Of a DNA stretch of 64,000 nucleotides, positions 1-14,269 are shown one piece after another; position 1 is the first letter of the stretch, and every line of letters begins with the position of its first letter. The stretch lies in the NCBI GenBank assembly GCA_002269645.1, contig NIVC01003171.1, positions 1 to 64,000 of the forward strand. Reading direction: 5' to 3'. Source of the stretch: Macrostomum lignano. Its lineage: Eukaryota. The notes beneath the pieces are model-generated. The model saw only the letters and a program-made list of their open reading frames with translations, was not told where the DNA came from and did no database searches. A program made the position numbers and the translations under genes.

Positions 1-2817
1 TTTCACGCTGGACATCGACGAGAACTGCGGCAGAACGCGTCTCTGGTTGAGATGGCCGTGTACCTGGACAACGAGTGAGCCCGGAGCATTTCTATTGCAC
101 CGACTGCTACCTGCAGGTGAGCTGCAGGCTTGAAGATCTATGTTTGACTACGAGACTAGACTAGTTAGATTGCAGACTGATTCGATTGCAGACTGATTAG
201 ATTGCAGACTGATTAGATTGCAGACTGATTAGATTGCAGACTGATTAGATTGCAGACTGATTAGATTGCAGACTGATTAGATTGCAGACTGATTAGATTG
301 CAGACTGATTAGATTGCAGACTGATTAGATTGCAGACTGATTAGATTGCAGACTGATTAGATTGCAGACTGATTAGATTGCAGACTGATTAGACTGCAGA
401 CTGATTAGATTGCAGACTGATTAGATTGCAGACTGATTAGATTGCAGACTGATTAGATTGCAGACTGATTAGATTGCAGACTGATTAGATTGCAGACTGA
501 TTAGATTGCAGACTGATTAGATTGCAGACTGATTAGATTGCAGACTGATTAGATTGCAGACTGATTAGATTGCAGACTGATTAGACTGCAGACTGATTAG
601 ATTGCAGACTGATTAGATTGCAGACTGATTAGATTGCAGACTGATTAGATTGCAGACTGATTAGATTGCAGACTGATTAGATTGGCAGACTGATTAGATT
701 GCAGACTGATTAGATTGCAGACTGATTAGACTGCAGACTGATTAGATTGCAGACTGATTAGATTGCAGACTGATTAGACTGCAGACTGATTAGACTGCAG
801 ACTGATTAGATTGCAGACTGATTAGATTGCAGACTGATTAGATTGCAGACTGATTAGACTGCAGACTGATTAGACTGCAGACTGATTAGATTGCAGACTG
901 ATTAGATTGCAGACTGATTAGATTGCAGACTGATTAGATTGCAGACTGATTAGATTGCAGACTGATTAGATTGCAGACTGATTAGATTGCAGACTGATTA
1001 GACTGCAGACTGATTAGACTGCAGACTGATTAGATTGCAGACTGATTAGATTGCAGACTGATTAGATTGCAGACTGATTAGATTGCAGACTGATTAGATT
1101 GCAGACTGATTAGATTGCAGACTGATTAGATTGCAGACTGATTATATTGCAGACTGATTAGATTGCAGACTGATTAGATTGCAGACTGATTAGATTGCAG
1201 ACTGATTAGATTGCATACTGATTAGATTGCAGACTGATTAGATTGTACACTGATATGATTGTACACTGATTAGATTGTACACAGATTAGATTGTACACTG
1301 ATTAGATTGTACACTGATTAGATTACAGACTGATTATATTGCAGACTGATTATCCGGATCGATTGCAGGCTGATCGAGAGTGGCTTAGGTGACAATAGGG
1401 GATCTCCAACACAAATAGCAAATGAGGGATATGAAACATTATCTTTTGCCTTTCATCGGTCTGAATTATAAATTGGCCGGTACGCTTCCGTCTTTATTGT
1501 TTTGCCTTCATGCTGCAAGTCATTCCGAGCACTTAGCGGGTCCGCAGCGCAAGTCTGCAATAAATGATGCACAGTTTGAAGCCACAAGCATCAACTGCGC
1601 CCGTCTGCACCAGAGGCTTTGCTAGACAGATGACCGCGGTTCAGATGATGCCTTTGAAGTTGAGCAAAGCTGAGGTGCCGCCTCTCAATAAGGCATTGAG
1701 GACTCGATTCCTGGCTCGCCCCGCCCGCAGGACATCAACACGCAGCTGTCTGGCGCGGTGCTGACCATTCATTCCGGCGACACGCACCCGGATGTGAACA
1801 ACAACGCGTGCACCTGAAGTCCGGCTCGCTCACTGAGGTCAAGCTCAAGCACGTGCTGAACGTCCAGAAGCAGCCGCCGTACGGGCGCTGCTCGCCGGAT
1901 ACCCCGCAGTCGCTGGGGCTGCAGGGCAGGGAGTACAGCTACAGCGAGGACGCCTGCAGGCAGATGACCATCCAGATGGACATCCGCGCCTCCTGCGGCT
2001 GTCAGGTGACCTCAGCGGCTCCCTGCTGACCCTTTGTTTCTTAGAAAATTCACCAAATCCTGACGGATCATCACAACTCACTAAAACCGCCAATAAAAGA
2101 TCACCCGCTTGCTCACCTCAGTTACTTGAACCACCGCAACAGGCCATCGAGTACCCGCTGGTGCCCGAGGAGGCTGGCAGCAACATCACCTACTGCACCG
2201 GTCTCCAAGAATTTCTGCCCCTGGGCGCCTGCACAGCCGGCAACAGCAGCAGCAAAGTTTGCGAAGCGGCCCTGGATAGGGCGTACGAGCACATCCGCTG
2301 CAAGCAGGCCGTGATCTCCAAGTACTCCAAGGACGTGGTGGAGAGTTGCAGCATTCCGTGCGCCTTCTACAGCTACCAGACCGAGCGGTCGACCTCCGAC
2401 TGGCCCACCAAGGCGTGGCAGCTGTACCTGCTGCAGACCCGCGTCTACAGCCGCCTGCAGCAGCGGCCGGAGATGCAGATCTACGCGAAGGCCATCGAGC
2501 TGGAGCGCGCGGGCCGACTGGACTCCGCTTTCCAGCTGGTGCAAAATGTCAGCATCCTGGAGCGGAACCTGCTGTCCATCCAGCTCATCCGACCGAACTT
2601 CGACCTGCACCAAGTAGAGGAAAAGGAGGTCCTGTCGCTGACATCATTTCTTAGCCAGGTCGGCGGCCTGCTGTCGATCTTTGTCGGCCTAACGATGATC
2701 TTCATCGTGGAGCTGATCGACTTCCTGGTGCACTGCTGCGACGTCTACGCCGGCCGGAGAGGCGGAGAAGGTAACAATGATGCCGAAGGCGGCCCCGGGG
2801 CCGCTCGGGGGCCCTGA
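1..2817 (+). CDS. DEG/ENaC (ASIC/FaNaC-like) sodium channel, 5'-truncated by window edge; exons <1-116, 1731-2005, 2143-2817
   Basis: Spliced translation gives GAVLTIHSGDTHPDV..HLKSGSLTEVKL..PPYGRC..YSEDAC..CGCQ|AIEYP..CSIPCAFYSYQTERSTSDWP..SFLSQVGGLLSIFVGLTMIFIVELIDF, the ENaC Cys-rich thumb plus TM2 pattern. GT/AG junctions are phase-compatible. Needs 1-bp corrections near 75 and 1805. Confidence 0.9.
163..1352. repeat. 16-bp minisatellite (AGATTGCAGACTGATT)n in ENaC intron
   Basis: About 70 tandem copies are directly visible, degenerating at the 3' end. Confidence 0.97.
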
Positions 2818-3730
2818 ACCTAATCGACTCCGGCAAGCAGCTCAGGAACGAAGACGGGACAGCTGACTGCGGCTGAGTCAAGGCGTCGATCTGCGAACCC
2901 GTGACTTACTTCAAAAGTTGAAGCCGCCCTGAGGGCTGCAAGCTACGAGCTGACTTGAATGAAAACAGGCTGAGCAAATCTCATTGGTTGATAGGCTAAA
3001 GAATGTTGCTATTTTTAGAATTTTTGTGACAGCACCCTTTTTTGCCCCCACCACCCCAGCACGTGACTTCCCTGGGCCAATCAGAGCCCGGGCCCTATTT
3101 CTAAGCAAAAACTCTTATCCGTTCAAATGAATTCCGGATGCAAACTACGAGCTAAAACGGCTAGGGTGGAATGGCCGGTTTTCTTCCGGTTTCAATTCCA
3201 GCACTTTTCCGTAACAGCCCGGACCAAAGTAAAATAATTACAAGCGCAGCCTCACGTGTGTAGCGCATTCATTTTCATACCTAAGAGAAAGCTTAGTTTA
3301 TAGTTTTGTATAATTTTGTTCCCTCTAGTCCACTCAAGGACCTTCTACGTTATACAGCAGGAACCGAACGGGTATCATCTTGCGGGGTCGATGCGAAATT
3401 GCTGCCTGCATGAGCTGCACCGCTTCATCTAAAGAGTAGTTGCTTTACTCAGCTAATTCTTGCAGATGACTGAGTCGGGGTTTACAGCCTCTGCCTTAAC
3501 AGTTCTCTGAACTCTGAAGATCTGCTGTTCTCCCATCAGCTCTCCGAATTATCCCCCATTGCCGGCGCGTGTCCGATCTGGGCAGGCGAGCTCACCTGCT
3601 CTACCTGAGCGTCTCTCGGCTTTCACGCAGTTTTGGCAAGGAAAATTTCAAAGAACTTTCTCAGTGAGGAAACTTCATGCAGACTGGCTGATAGCTTGAG
3701 TGCGACAGCTGCGCATGCTCAGGCGACACA

Positions 3731-4310
<580 letters not shown>

Positions 4311-5535
4311 GCTCTCATCAGCCCGGTAGAGGCAAGCCGGTCGCCAGTCCCAGAAATCTCCGATTTCCGCTCCTGGAAGCAGCGGGCCTGAGACTGTCAA
4401 GTCGTGCCGCCGAGGCTGCAGCCGGCCCGATGCGGGGCTGCCAGAGTCCATGAATCGCTAATTAATTAAGTGAAAGCAATTGGCAGGCAGGGCTGCAGGA
4501 AATAAAAATTTCAATGAAATGCGGAGCTCCGCAATTGGAGGCGCAGCTTCAACACGCGAGTAAATTTTTCCCGCAGATATTTTCTGGGATTAAAACAAAA
4601 CCAATCTGCTCCTGGGCCGATCAATCCAGTTCAGGGCCCAGAGATCTCGGGATTTCACTGACTGGCGCAGATTCCACGGGAGAAATTCTTCTGAATCCGG
4701 GGAGACCCCCGGGCTGTTTGCCAAATTGAATCCCTTCGGCTTTGCTTTGGTGAGGCTTGAGCGGAATCTCCGCTACAGAAAGCTGGCCATTGTTGCACTC
4801 AGTTTGGCGTTTTTAGGAGAAACTTGGGATCAGGGGAGAAAAATGACTGGTTTCAAAAAGATGAAGATAACAAAAACGGGGCCAGACCCGCGGTGGCGCA
4901 CTGCAGCCTATTCATCCAGTGCTAACCGCGGCCAACTCTGCTTAACTTAGCTTTGCTCTGATTTCTGAATAGAGAGAAAAAAAGGAAAATGGATGAGGAG
5001 AAAAGGGAGATGAGGAGAGGAGCTGGCAGATAAATAATGGGTGGAGAGCAATCGGGGGCGGGGTGGGGCTGATCCCATGGAACTGCGTTGCCGGATTAGT
5101 AAAACAGGAATGGGATGAAGATGCGAATCTCCTGAGAATTAAAACTGCCGGGTGCAAAGGCGCCAGAAAGGAAAGCAAACAGCGGGCGGCAGAGCCGGCA
5201 AGGCCGCGGTTTTTTTCTAAGAAATCTGCGTGCCCCGTTGCTGCGCTTCGCAACTGGCTGCGGGAGGCAGGCAGCCCGCTGTATCGGAAAGATCAATAAA
5301 AACATTGCTGTGTCTCTGTGATCTTCGGAAAGTCGTCTGCTTGGCGGCAGGAATAATTTCCTGTGAAATTTCCTGTGAAAGGTGACGAGAAATGCTGGAA
5401 TCGACATTGCCAATTAATTCTCGGAAGGGGGGCTTGCCGAGTTTTAACCTTGACTGGGAGCCGGATCGCAGCTGGTTGCGAACCTGCTCGACTCGGGCGC
5501 GTTCAGAGCATGCATTCTAGCAAATATGCCGATAT

Positions 5536-5858
<323 letters not shown>

Positions 5859-7537
5859 GACAGCAGAAACCGAGAATTCAACAGTTGTATAAAATGTTAA
5901 AGCTGTCTATAAAGCCCATTAGTCACTCCTGTCTGCACTTTCAAATCCCAGAACAAAAAATTTATCTGCTCTTCGCTCCCAAGACGGTTCTGGTCAACAA
6001 TGAGCCCGCTGGGTGCGGGAGCAGAGTGGCATCAAAGACCTGCGGTGGCTGCAGCCCAGCATTTGGCAATTACGTTCTGCCCTGAATTTCGCGCATGAAT
6101 CATGCAGGAACTGCTGCTGACATCTGCAAAGAAAGCTTTTCTCACTCGTCTTCTGCAGCGCTTTCGGCCGCTAAATCGCAGCGATCGATCCAATTCCCAG
6201 CATTAAAACTGCAGCAACCTGCAGCAGGCCAACAAAAAGTACGAGCTAACTCGTACAGTTTCCCGACAGCAGCTCAAAGCTGCCTCATCAATAAACAAAA
6301 AATCGAATTAATGTTGTTTTAGCTTGTAGCACAGACGCTTTCGCAAAAAAATATAAATAAATAAAAATTGAGTTTGAGCAACTTAATTTCAAGCTAACTG
6401 CGGACTTTCTTTGCATTTCTGGCATCTCAATTGGTCTCTTAAATGCAGCTCCGGTCGGCAGGATAAAGTGCAATCTGATTGCTGATTTAGGGACCGCTTA
6501 CGCGAAAATTCATATCAGATTTTTCTGCATGTTCTCCTTTTCTAATTAAATTCTAGATACGCTACTGTTTGCAAGTAGAATAGTATGGTTTTTATTGCTG
6601 GACTCATTTTCAGGGACTTGCATGCGTTTGCTTGGAGGTGCGTTCAAAAGTTCATTGAAAGAATTGTCCTTTGAAAAAATACAACTGTGAACTGGAGAGG
6701 GGGTTTCTTATCAATCTTCTCGAGCTCAAAAGGTATAAGAATAATTAGCATTAATATAATAAGCACAAGCACTACTTTAATTTTAGAAGCCCAGAATGTG
6801 AATGTACTAGCCGTGGTTCTTGATACGAGTGAATGCTATTGCTAAGGTTAGGATTGAACTTTTGAGGGTGCTGTTTTAATTGAACAATTACAATTACAAT
6901 ATTTTTCGAGGGCGACCAAAGTAGACTCTGTTTTGCTTTCAGGAGCAGCAAAAAATCGAAATTATATGTTTGAAGTATTTTTCTTAAGGTTTAAAAACTG
7001 ATAAAAAAAATCAGTACTTTAAGCTTTTAATTTGATAAAAAAGATATCTGGCCATAGCACTGCGGGCATTGGAGAACGTCGACCAAGAGAGAATTGTACA
7101 CTTCTCTATAGTGTACATTCATTACTGTATGTACACTTGGGAAGTATGTACATTGGGGGGTGTTGTCGCGGAACAGAGGGGTCGGGTAAGAAACTCCGCC
7201 CGCCACAATTAAACACGAGTCGGCCCTCCCCCAGCTCTTTGGGTTAGACTAGACCGAGAGAGGTTCGCGTGTATAGATAGTGTTGTTGCGTGTGTGCGTC
7301 CTATTAACCAAAACCAGTTCAGAGCCAGGTCAGGAGTCAGTTACAGAACACTAAACCACTTTGACTTTTCGAAACAATTTTATAGCATTTATTTACCTTT
7401 GCCTTGTGCTTAGTAAGTACGAGTATTAGACACTCAGTTTAGCATTATAAAATAGTGCAATAATAGGTCAGGCAAACTAATGTTAGTGCACAGAGTACTT
7501 CGCTCAGCTGCACAGCACTGATAGCACAACACAGCGA

Positions 7538-10500
7538 ATGATGGCGGTCAGCCAGCGCGCTCTGCTATGCGTGCTCAGCTTCATGGGCTTCGCCATCGTG
7601 TACATGCTGCGCGTGAACCTCAGCGTAGCTCTGGTTGCCATGGTAAACGCAACGGGGAGGATATCGCCTGCGAGTTTGAATCAGCGATCGCCCAGCGCCC
7701 AGCGATGACGAGGTCTGCCCGCCTGACTCTGCTTCAAATGACACATCGGCTGCGAGGGTAAGCCGAGGGATTTGGCTCGATTTCTTTTGTTGCTTCTAAG
7801 CTATTCGAGTTCATCATATTTTGCTCAACTGATGCATTCTGACCTCCCCCGATACATCCCCCCATGCATTTGCCCCTCATGCATTTTGCCCCATGCATTT
7901 TGCCCCCCATGCATTTTGCCCCCCATGCATTTTGCCCCCCATGCATTTTGCCCCCATGCATTTTGCCCCCCATGCATTTTGCCCCCCCCCATGCATTTTG
8001 CCCCCCATGCATTTTGCCCCCCCCATGCATTTTGCCCCCCATGCATTTTGCCCCCCATGCATTTTGCCCCCCATGCATTATGCCCCCCATGCATTTTGCC
8101 CCCCCATGCATTTTGCCCCCCATGCATTTTGCCCCCATGCATTTTGCCCCCCATGCATTTTGCCCCCATGCATTTTGCCCCCCATGCATTTTGCCCCCCA
8201 TGCATTTTGCCCCCCATGCATTTCCCCCCATGCATTTTGCCCCACCCCATGCATTTTACCCTCCCCCCATGCATTTTCCCCCATGCATTCCCCCCATGCA
8301 TTCCCCCCATGCATTTTACCCCCCCCATGCATTTTCCCCCATGCATTTTGCCCCCCCATGCATTTTGCCCCCCCCATGCATTTTCCCCCATGCATTTTAC
8401 CCCCCCCATGCATTTCCCCCCATGCATTTTCCCCCATGCATTTTACCCCCCCCCATGCATTTTCCCCCATGTATTTTACCCCCCATGCATTTTCCCCCAT
8501 GCATTTTACCCCCCCCCATGCATTTTGCCCCCCATGCATTTTACCCCATGCATTTTGCCCCCCCCATGCATTTTACCCCCCATGCATTTTGCCCCCCATG
8601 CATTTCCCCCCATGCATTTTGCCCCCCCATGCATTTTGCCCCCCCCATGCATTTTGCCCCCCCCCATGCATTTCCCCCCATGCATTTTGCCCCCCATGCA
8701 TTTTGCCCCCCCATGCATTTTGCCCCCCCCATGCATTTTGCCCCCTACCGGTGCATTTTGCCCCTCCCATGCATTTTGCCCCCCATGCATTTTGCCCCCT
8801 ACCGGTGCATCCCTGATCCGACGTTGGCCCCGCAGGCCGGGCAGTTCAGCTGGGACGAGCAGACCCAGGGCCTGATTCTGGGCTCATTCTTCTGGGGCTA
8901 CATCGTCACGCAGATCCCCGGCGGCCTGCTGGCCGAGCGCTTCGGCGCCAAGTGGGTGCTCGGCATCGGCATTCTGTGGACCGCGGCCCTGACGCTGCTG
9001 ACCCCCCTGGCTGCGCACTGGGGCGTGGCCGCCCTAATCTGCCTGCGCGTGCTGGAGGGCGTCGGCGAGGTCAGCGAGGGCTCTGAACTTCTGCATTTTT
9101 TTTCAAAAATCCGTACTCATAACTCTAAGTTCATCCCGATCTCGACAGGGCGTTACGTTTCCCTCCTTGAATGCCATGCTGAGCCAGTGGGCGCCGCCGG
9201 TCGAGAGAACCACCATGGCCGTCTTCATCATTTCAGGTACGCGAAAGTTTAAAAGTTAGTCTTAAGCACCCGCATAGCAACCGTCAGCATAGCTATCATC
9301 CACATAGCAATCATCCTCATAGCAACCATCCGCATAGCTACCATCTGCACAGCAACCATCCTCGTAGCAGCTATCAACATAGCAACCATTTGCATAGCAA
9401 CATCCGCATAGCAACCATCAACATAGCAACCATCGGCATAGCAACCATTCGCATAGCAACTATCCATATAGCAACTATCCGCGTAGCTACTATGCGCATA
9501 GCAACCACCATTCCCCACCAACAGCAAACATCCGCATAGGCATAACAACCGTTAGCAAAGGAACCATCCGCATAGCAACCCTTAGCAAAGTAACCATCCG
9601 CATAGCAACCCTTAGCAAAGCAACCATCCGCAATCCGCATAGCAACCCTCAGCAAAGCAATCATCCGCGTAGCAAACATCTGCATACCCTGTAGCAGTCA
9701 TCTACTAGTAAAAACCCAGTTACTACGCAGTTGCGTAGCAATCATCCGCATAGCAACTAACAGGAAACCAATCGCCAAATGATTCCTACTCGAGCAGGCA
9801 GCCACATGGGCACGGTGATTGGCCTGCCGCTCAGCGGCTACCTGTGCTCCACCGATTTCCTTGGCGGCTGGCCAGCAGTGTTCTACACGTTTGGTGAGTT
9901 CCCAGGGCCATCGGCATAGCAACAGTTCCAATAGCAGCAATCACGCATAGCAACGCTCGCAAACGATTATCATACTCCAGGTGCATCCGGCATCGCATGG
10001 TTCATCGCCTGGAGCATTCTGGCGCACAGCTCGCCAGCCGCCAATCCCTGGATCAGCCGGGAGGAGCTGACCTACATTCAAGAGAGCCTCAAGCACCAGG
10101 TGTTGGTGCGCGGGGGCGGCCAGCCTGCTGACAGGGTAATCCGTTTCTTCATCTGCTTGGCTTGGCTGACAGCTAACATGGTTTAAATAATTGCATGAGC
10201 GACAGATAGAAATACGCGGCAGATATGGGATAAAAATAACCAAGGACTACTCAAGTAGCACGGTAAACTATTGATTCTTGGAAACTTTAAGGAGGCCGGT
10301 TTTACCGAGAAAAGCACAAAAATTGTTATTGCTTTTGATAGGAGGCGGACCCCAGAGTGCTCTATCGATAGATGAACACCGGGCCTTCCTTAATTAACCA
10401 ATTTTTGTGCAGAATAAAGGGAAAAAGTCCCCGTTGTCGGTAAAACTGCCTCCAGTTTTTTTATAAACGTTTCCCGAATCCCGTCCTTTTATTGTATTCG

Positions 10501-13142
10501 AGTAGTCCTTGAAATTAACATGGTGAATTTTAGTAGGCGACAAATAAGAGATAAGTGACAGATATGGGAGAAAACTAAGATGGCGAGTTTTAATAATTGT
10601 AAATTGTATAATTGGCAGATAAAAGTAAGCGACAGATTAGAGACGAGTGACAGATAAGAGACGAGTGACAGATAAAAGACGGGTGACAGATGTCGTGACA
10701 GATAAGAGATAAGTGACACATGGAAGAAGTGACAGATAAGAGACAAGTGACAGATAGGAGAGTGACAGATAGGAGAGTGACAGATAGAGATGAGTGACAG
10801 ATATAAGTGACAGATAAGAGATACGTGACAGAAAAGAGATACGTGACAGATAAGAGTAACAGATAAGATATGAGTGACAGATAAGTGACAGATAAGAGAT
10901 ACGCTCGTAAGTGACTGCTAGTTTCAGGGCAGTGCGGATGTCGCTAATTACCTGGCCTGAGTGAGGCCAAAAATTAAACTAAATTTACTAAATGATTAGA
11001 ATCAAGTTTTATTTTATGCCTAAATGTATGAGCTTAACTCTTACTATCAAGTAGACAATCTTTGAAAATCATTGCCATTCCTAGCGCGGATTTGCCGCGG
11101 TGCCGCTGAAGGCGATGCTGACCTCTGGACCGGTGCTGAGCATGATCGGCATGCACATGGCCTACAACTGGCAGTTCTACACCCTGCTGACCTGCCTGCC
11201 CACCTTCTTTGCCGATGTTCTGAGCATACCGCTGACCGAGGTGAGTCACGAATGCACCGAACGTTTGTAGTCAGTGTCTGCCATTTACCGGAAAGCAAGC
11301 AAGAGGCAGTGACAGAAAACCGGAGCAAACAGGAGTTCTACACGGAAAGCTTAAAGACAGGTCATATTGTCAATTCGTGAGGGCGTGAGGGGTGTCAAAA
11401 CAGGTGTTAGGGGTCCAAAACAAGTGTAAGGTGTGCCAAAACAGGTGTTAGGGGTCCAAAACAAGTGTAAGGTGTGCCAAAACAGGTGTTAGGGGTCCAA
11501 AACAGGTGTAAGGTGTGCCAAAACAGGTGTTAGGGGTCCAAAACAGGTGTAAGGTGTGCCAAAACAGGTGTTAGGGGTCCAAAACAAGTGTAAGGTGTGC
11601 CAAAACAGGTGTTAGGGGTCCAAAACAAGTGTAAGGTGTGCCAAAACAGGTGTTAGGGGTCCAAAACAGGTGTAAGGTGTGCCAAAACAGGTGTAAGGTG
11701 TGCCAAAACAGGTGTGAGGGTGCCAAAACAGGTGTTAGGGGTCCAAAACAGGTGTGAGGGTGCCAAAACAGGTTTAAGGTGTGCCACAACAGGTGTGAGG
11801 GTACCAAAACAGGTGTAAGGGGTGCCAACCAAAACAGGTGTGAGGGTGCCAAAACAGGTGTAAGGGTTGCCAACCAAAACAGGTGTGAGGTGTGTCAACC
11901 AAAACAGGTGTAAGGGGTGCCAAAACAGGTGTGAGGGGTCCAAAACAGGTGTAAGGGGTGCCAAAACAGGTGTAAGGTGTGCCAAAACAAGTGTGAGGGT
12001 ACCAAAACAGGTGTAAGGGGTGCCAAAACAGGTTTGAGGGTACCAAAACAGGTGTGAGGGTGCCAAAACAGGTGTGAGGGTACCAAAACAGGTGTAAGGG
12101 GTGCCAAAACAGGTGTGAGGGGTCCAAAACAGGTGTAAGGTGTGCCACAACAGGTGAGGGTACCAAAACAGGTGTAAGGGGTGCCAACCAAAACAGGTGT
12201 GAGAGTGCCAAAACAGGTGTAAGGGGTGCCAAAACAGGTGTGAGGGTGCCAAAACAGGTGTGAGGGTGCCAAAACAGGTGTGAGGGTGCCAAAACAGGTG
12301 TGAGGGTGCCAAAACAGGTGTGAGGGTGCCAAAACAGGTGTGAGGGTGGGTGCCAAAACAGGTGTGAGGGTGCCAAAACAGGTGTGAGGGTGCCAAAACA
12401 GGTGTGAGGGTGCCAAAACAGGTGTGAGGGTGCCAAAACAGGTGTGAGCGCATTAAAACAGGCGAGGGGGGCTTAAAAACCAGTGAAATAAAGGGCGCCA
12501 AAAATGCACACGCCCAGCACAGCGACCCTCCACATCGTCGGCATCCGCGCCCCGCAGGACGGCCTGGTCTCCGCCCTGCCCTACCTCGTCCTGTGGGCGA
12601 CCTCCAACCTGACGGCTCTCCTGGCCGACGCCACCCGCAGCCGCGGCTGGCTGGGGGTGACGGCCATTCGCAAGCTGAGCATCGCGCTGGGCGCGGTCGG
12701 CGGCGCGGCCGGCATCGCCCTGGTCGGCCACCTGGGCTGCCGCCGCGGCCCGGCCATCGCCGTGCTGACGGCCGCGGTCGGCCTGTCCGGCTTCATCGTC
12801 AGCGGCTTCGGGCCGAACCAGCTGGACCTGGCGCCGCGCTTCGCCGGCACCCTGCACGGCCTTAGCAACACCCTGGCAACCGTGCCGGGCATGGTGGCCC
12901 CCGTGATCGTCGGCGGCTTCACCAACCACGCCAGTGTGCGCTCCAACTGGCTGAAGGTGTTCTACCTGAGCGCCGGCATCGTGCTGGCCGGCTGCCTCGG
13001 CTACCTGGCTTTCGGCTCCGCCCAGGTGCAGCCCTGGGCCTCGGCAACTGCGGCTGAGGAGCAGCAGCGGCTGCTCGACGGCGAGGAAGAATGGACCGAT
13101 GATGATGGAGGAGAGGATGCTGTGAGAATCCAGACCGGCTAG
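7538..13142 (+). CDS. SLC17-family MFS anion transporter (sialin/VGLUT/NPT-like); exons 7538-7757, 8836-9069, 9149-9236, 9798-9893, 9981-10099 (or -10135), 11085-11240, 12558-13142
   Basis: Motifs [52 protein letters not shown]|[62 protein letters not shown]. Canonical GT/AG junctions in phase. One frameshift near 7698. Confidence 0.93.
7855..8812. repeat. C-rich 15-18-bp minisatellite (CCCCCATGCATTTTGC)n, SLC17 intron 1
   Basis: Directly visible; unit length varies with C-run length. Confidence 0.96.
9270..9762. repeat. Degenerate 15-bp minisatellite (CATAGCAACCATCCG)n, SLC17 intron 3
   Basis: Recurrent CATAGCAAC core with ~15-bp spacing. Confidence 0.9.
10620..10905. repeat. Degenerate (GTGACAGATAAGA..)n repeat, SLC17 intron 5
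   Basis: Recurrent GTGACAGATA motif. Confidence 0.85.
11388..12462. repeat. ~20-bp minisatellite (GGGTGCCAAAACAGGTGTGA)n, SLC17 intron 6
   Basis: Directly visible, with higher-order variants. Confidence 0.96.
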
Positions 13143-13271
13143 AATTTGCCAGTATTATACTTTAAATACGCTCGCACTGCAATCTCGTCGATAGTTGGAC
13201 TTCTGAGCTTTAAGATCATTTTTAGACTAAGATTTCTGTCAAAAAACGCATTGGATTCCAGTTCCAGCTGT

Positions 13272-13530
13272 GAACACAAACCCAGTGGTCAGAGCGTCGT
13301 ACTCAGGACTTGAAGGTCGGGGGTTCGATTCCCGATCCCAATGGAACAATTTGTGTCCATGAGCAAGACACTAATAACTCTGCATTGCTTGTTCACGCAG
13401 CTGTATAATGCAGGAATTAGCACAGGTAATTGAAGGTGTGTGGCGACCCCCCAGTCGTTGGAGTGAACAGCCGTACGCAGCCTTCAGATTGCACTATTAG
13501 GGCAGGTGTAATCAGTTATTATCATTATTT
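13272..13530 (+). mobile_element. tRNA-derived SINE with V-domain-like core
   Basis: A-box-like TGGTCAGAGCG and B-box GGTTCGATTCC. They are followed by GTGTCCATGAGCAAGACACT..TTGCTTGTTCACGCAGCTGTATAATG, resembling the V-SINE core as I recall it, and a short (ATT)-like tail. Confidence 0.65.
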
Positions 13531-14269
13531 AATATCTTTTAAAGCAACTTCTCGATATTTTTTTCAATTTCAACTCCTGTAGCTCCAGTTGGCCGGGACT
13601 GAAATCTGATGCGCTTTTTGACAGGTAAAATTATCGATTTTTTATCGATATGCAGTGTAGCCTGGAGAGACAGTGCTAAATTTAGTATCCCAATAGATTT
13701 GCATAATATTTTCCCTCTGTTAAAACTGATTCACTCATTCTGGCGCTTTCAACAAATAAATTCACTCTTGCGATCGTCTCAGAGAAAATCTTTTGTATAT
13801 TTCTAAGCTGCATTATTATGGTACAGACGCGAATATCGCAGTGTTTACTAATATTGTATAATCAGAGTTTGCAATAATAAGCATTACTGTAAGTAGCATG
13901 TGAGAGCGTATAACTCGGCATGTTCACCTGAAATCTACAGCAGAAAAGTATGCCAGCTCTGGGGGTCTTCAATCCATTGACACGGACAGCGCGCGACTTG
14001 GCACCAACAAGGAGTACTTTCTTAGCCAAGGACTTCAACTGGCCTGGATCTGTTAATTTAAATTGATATAGACAGGCTGACTGGCCATAGAAAGGCTATA
14101 AAATAAAATATTTGCTAATCAGCTACGGTATTCAGTTCCTGACCGTAAACTGTCAAAACTACATAGTAAAAAGAACGCACTACTGGCAAACAAGAACTGG
14201 TACATAACTTTATCCATCAAATATGAATAAAGAAATAAAATTTGATCACTGATGCCCTGAAACTGTCGG

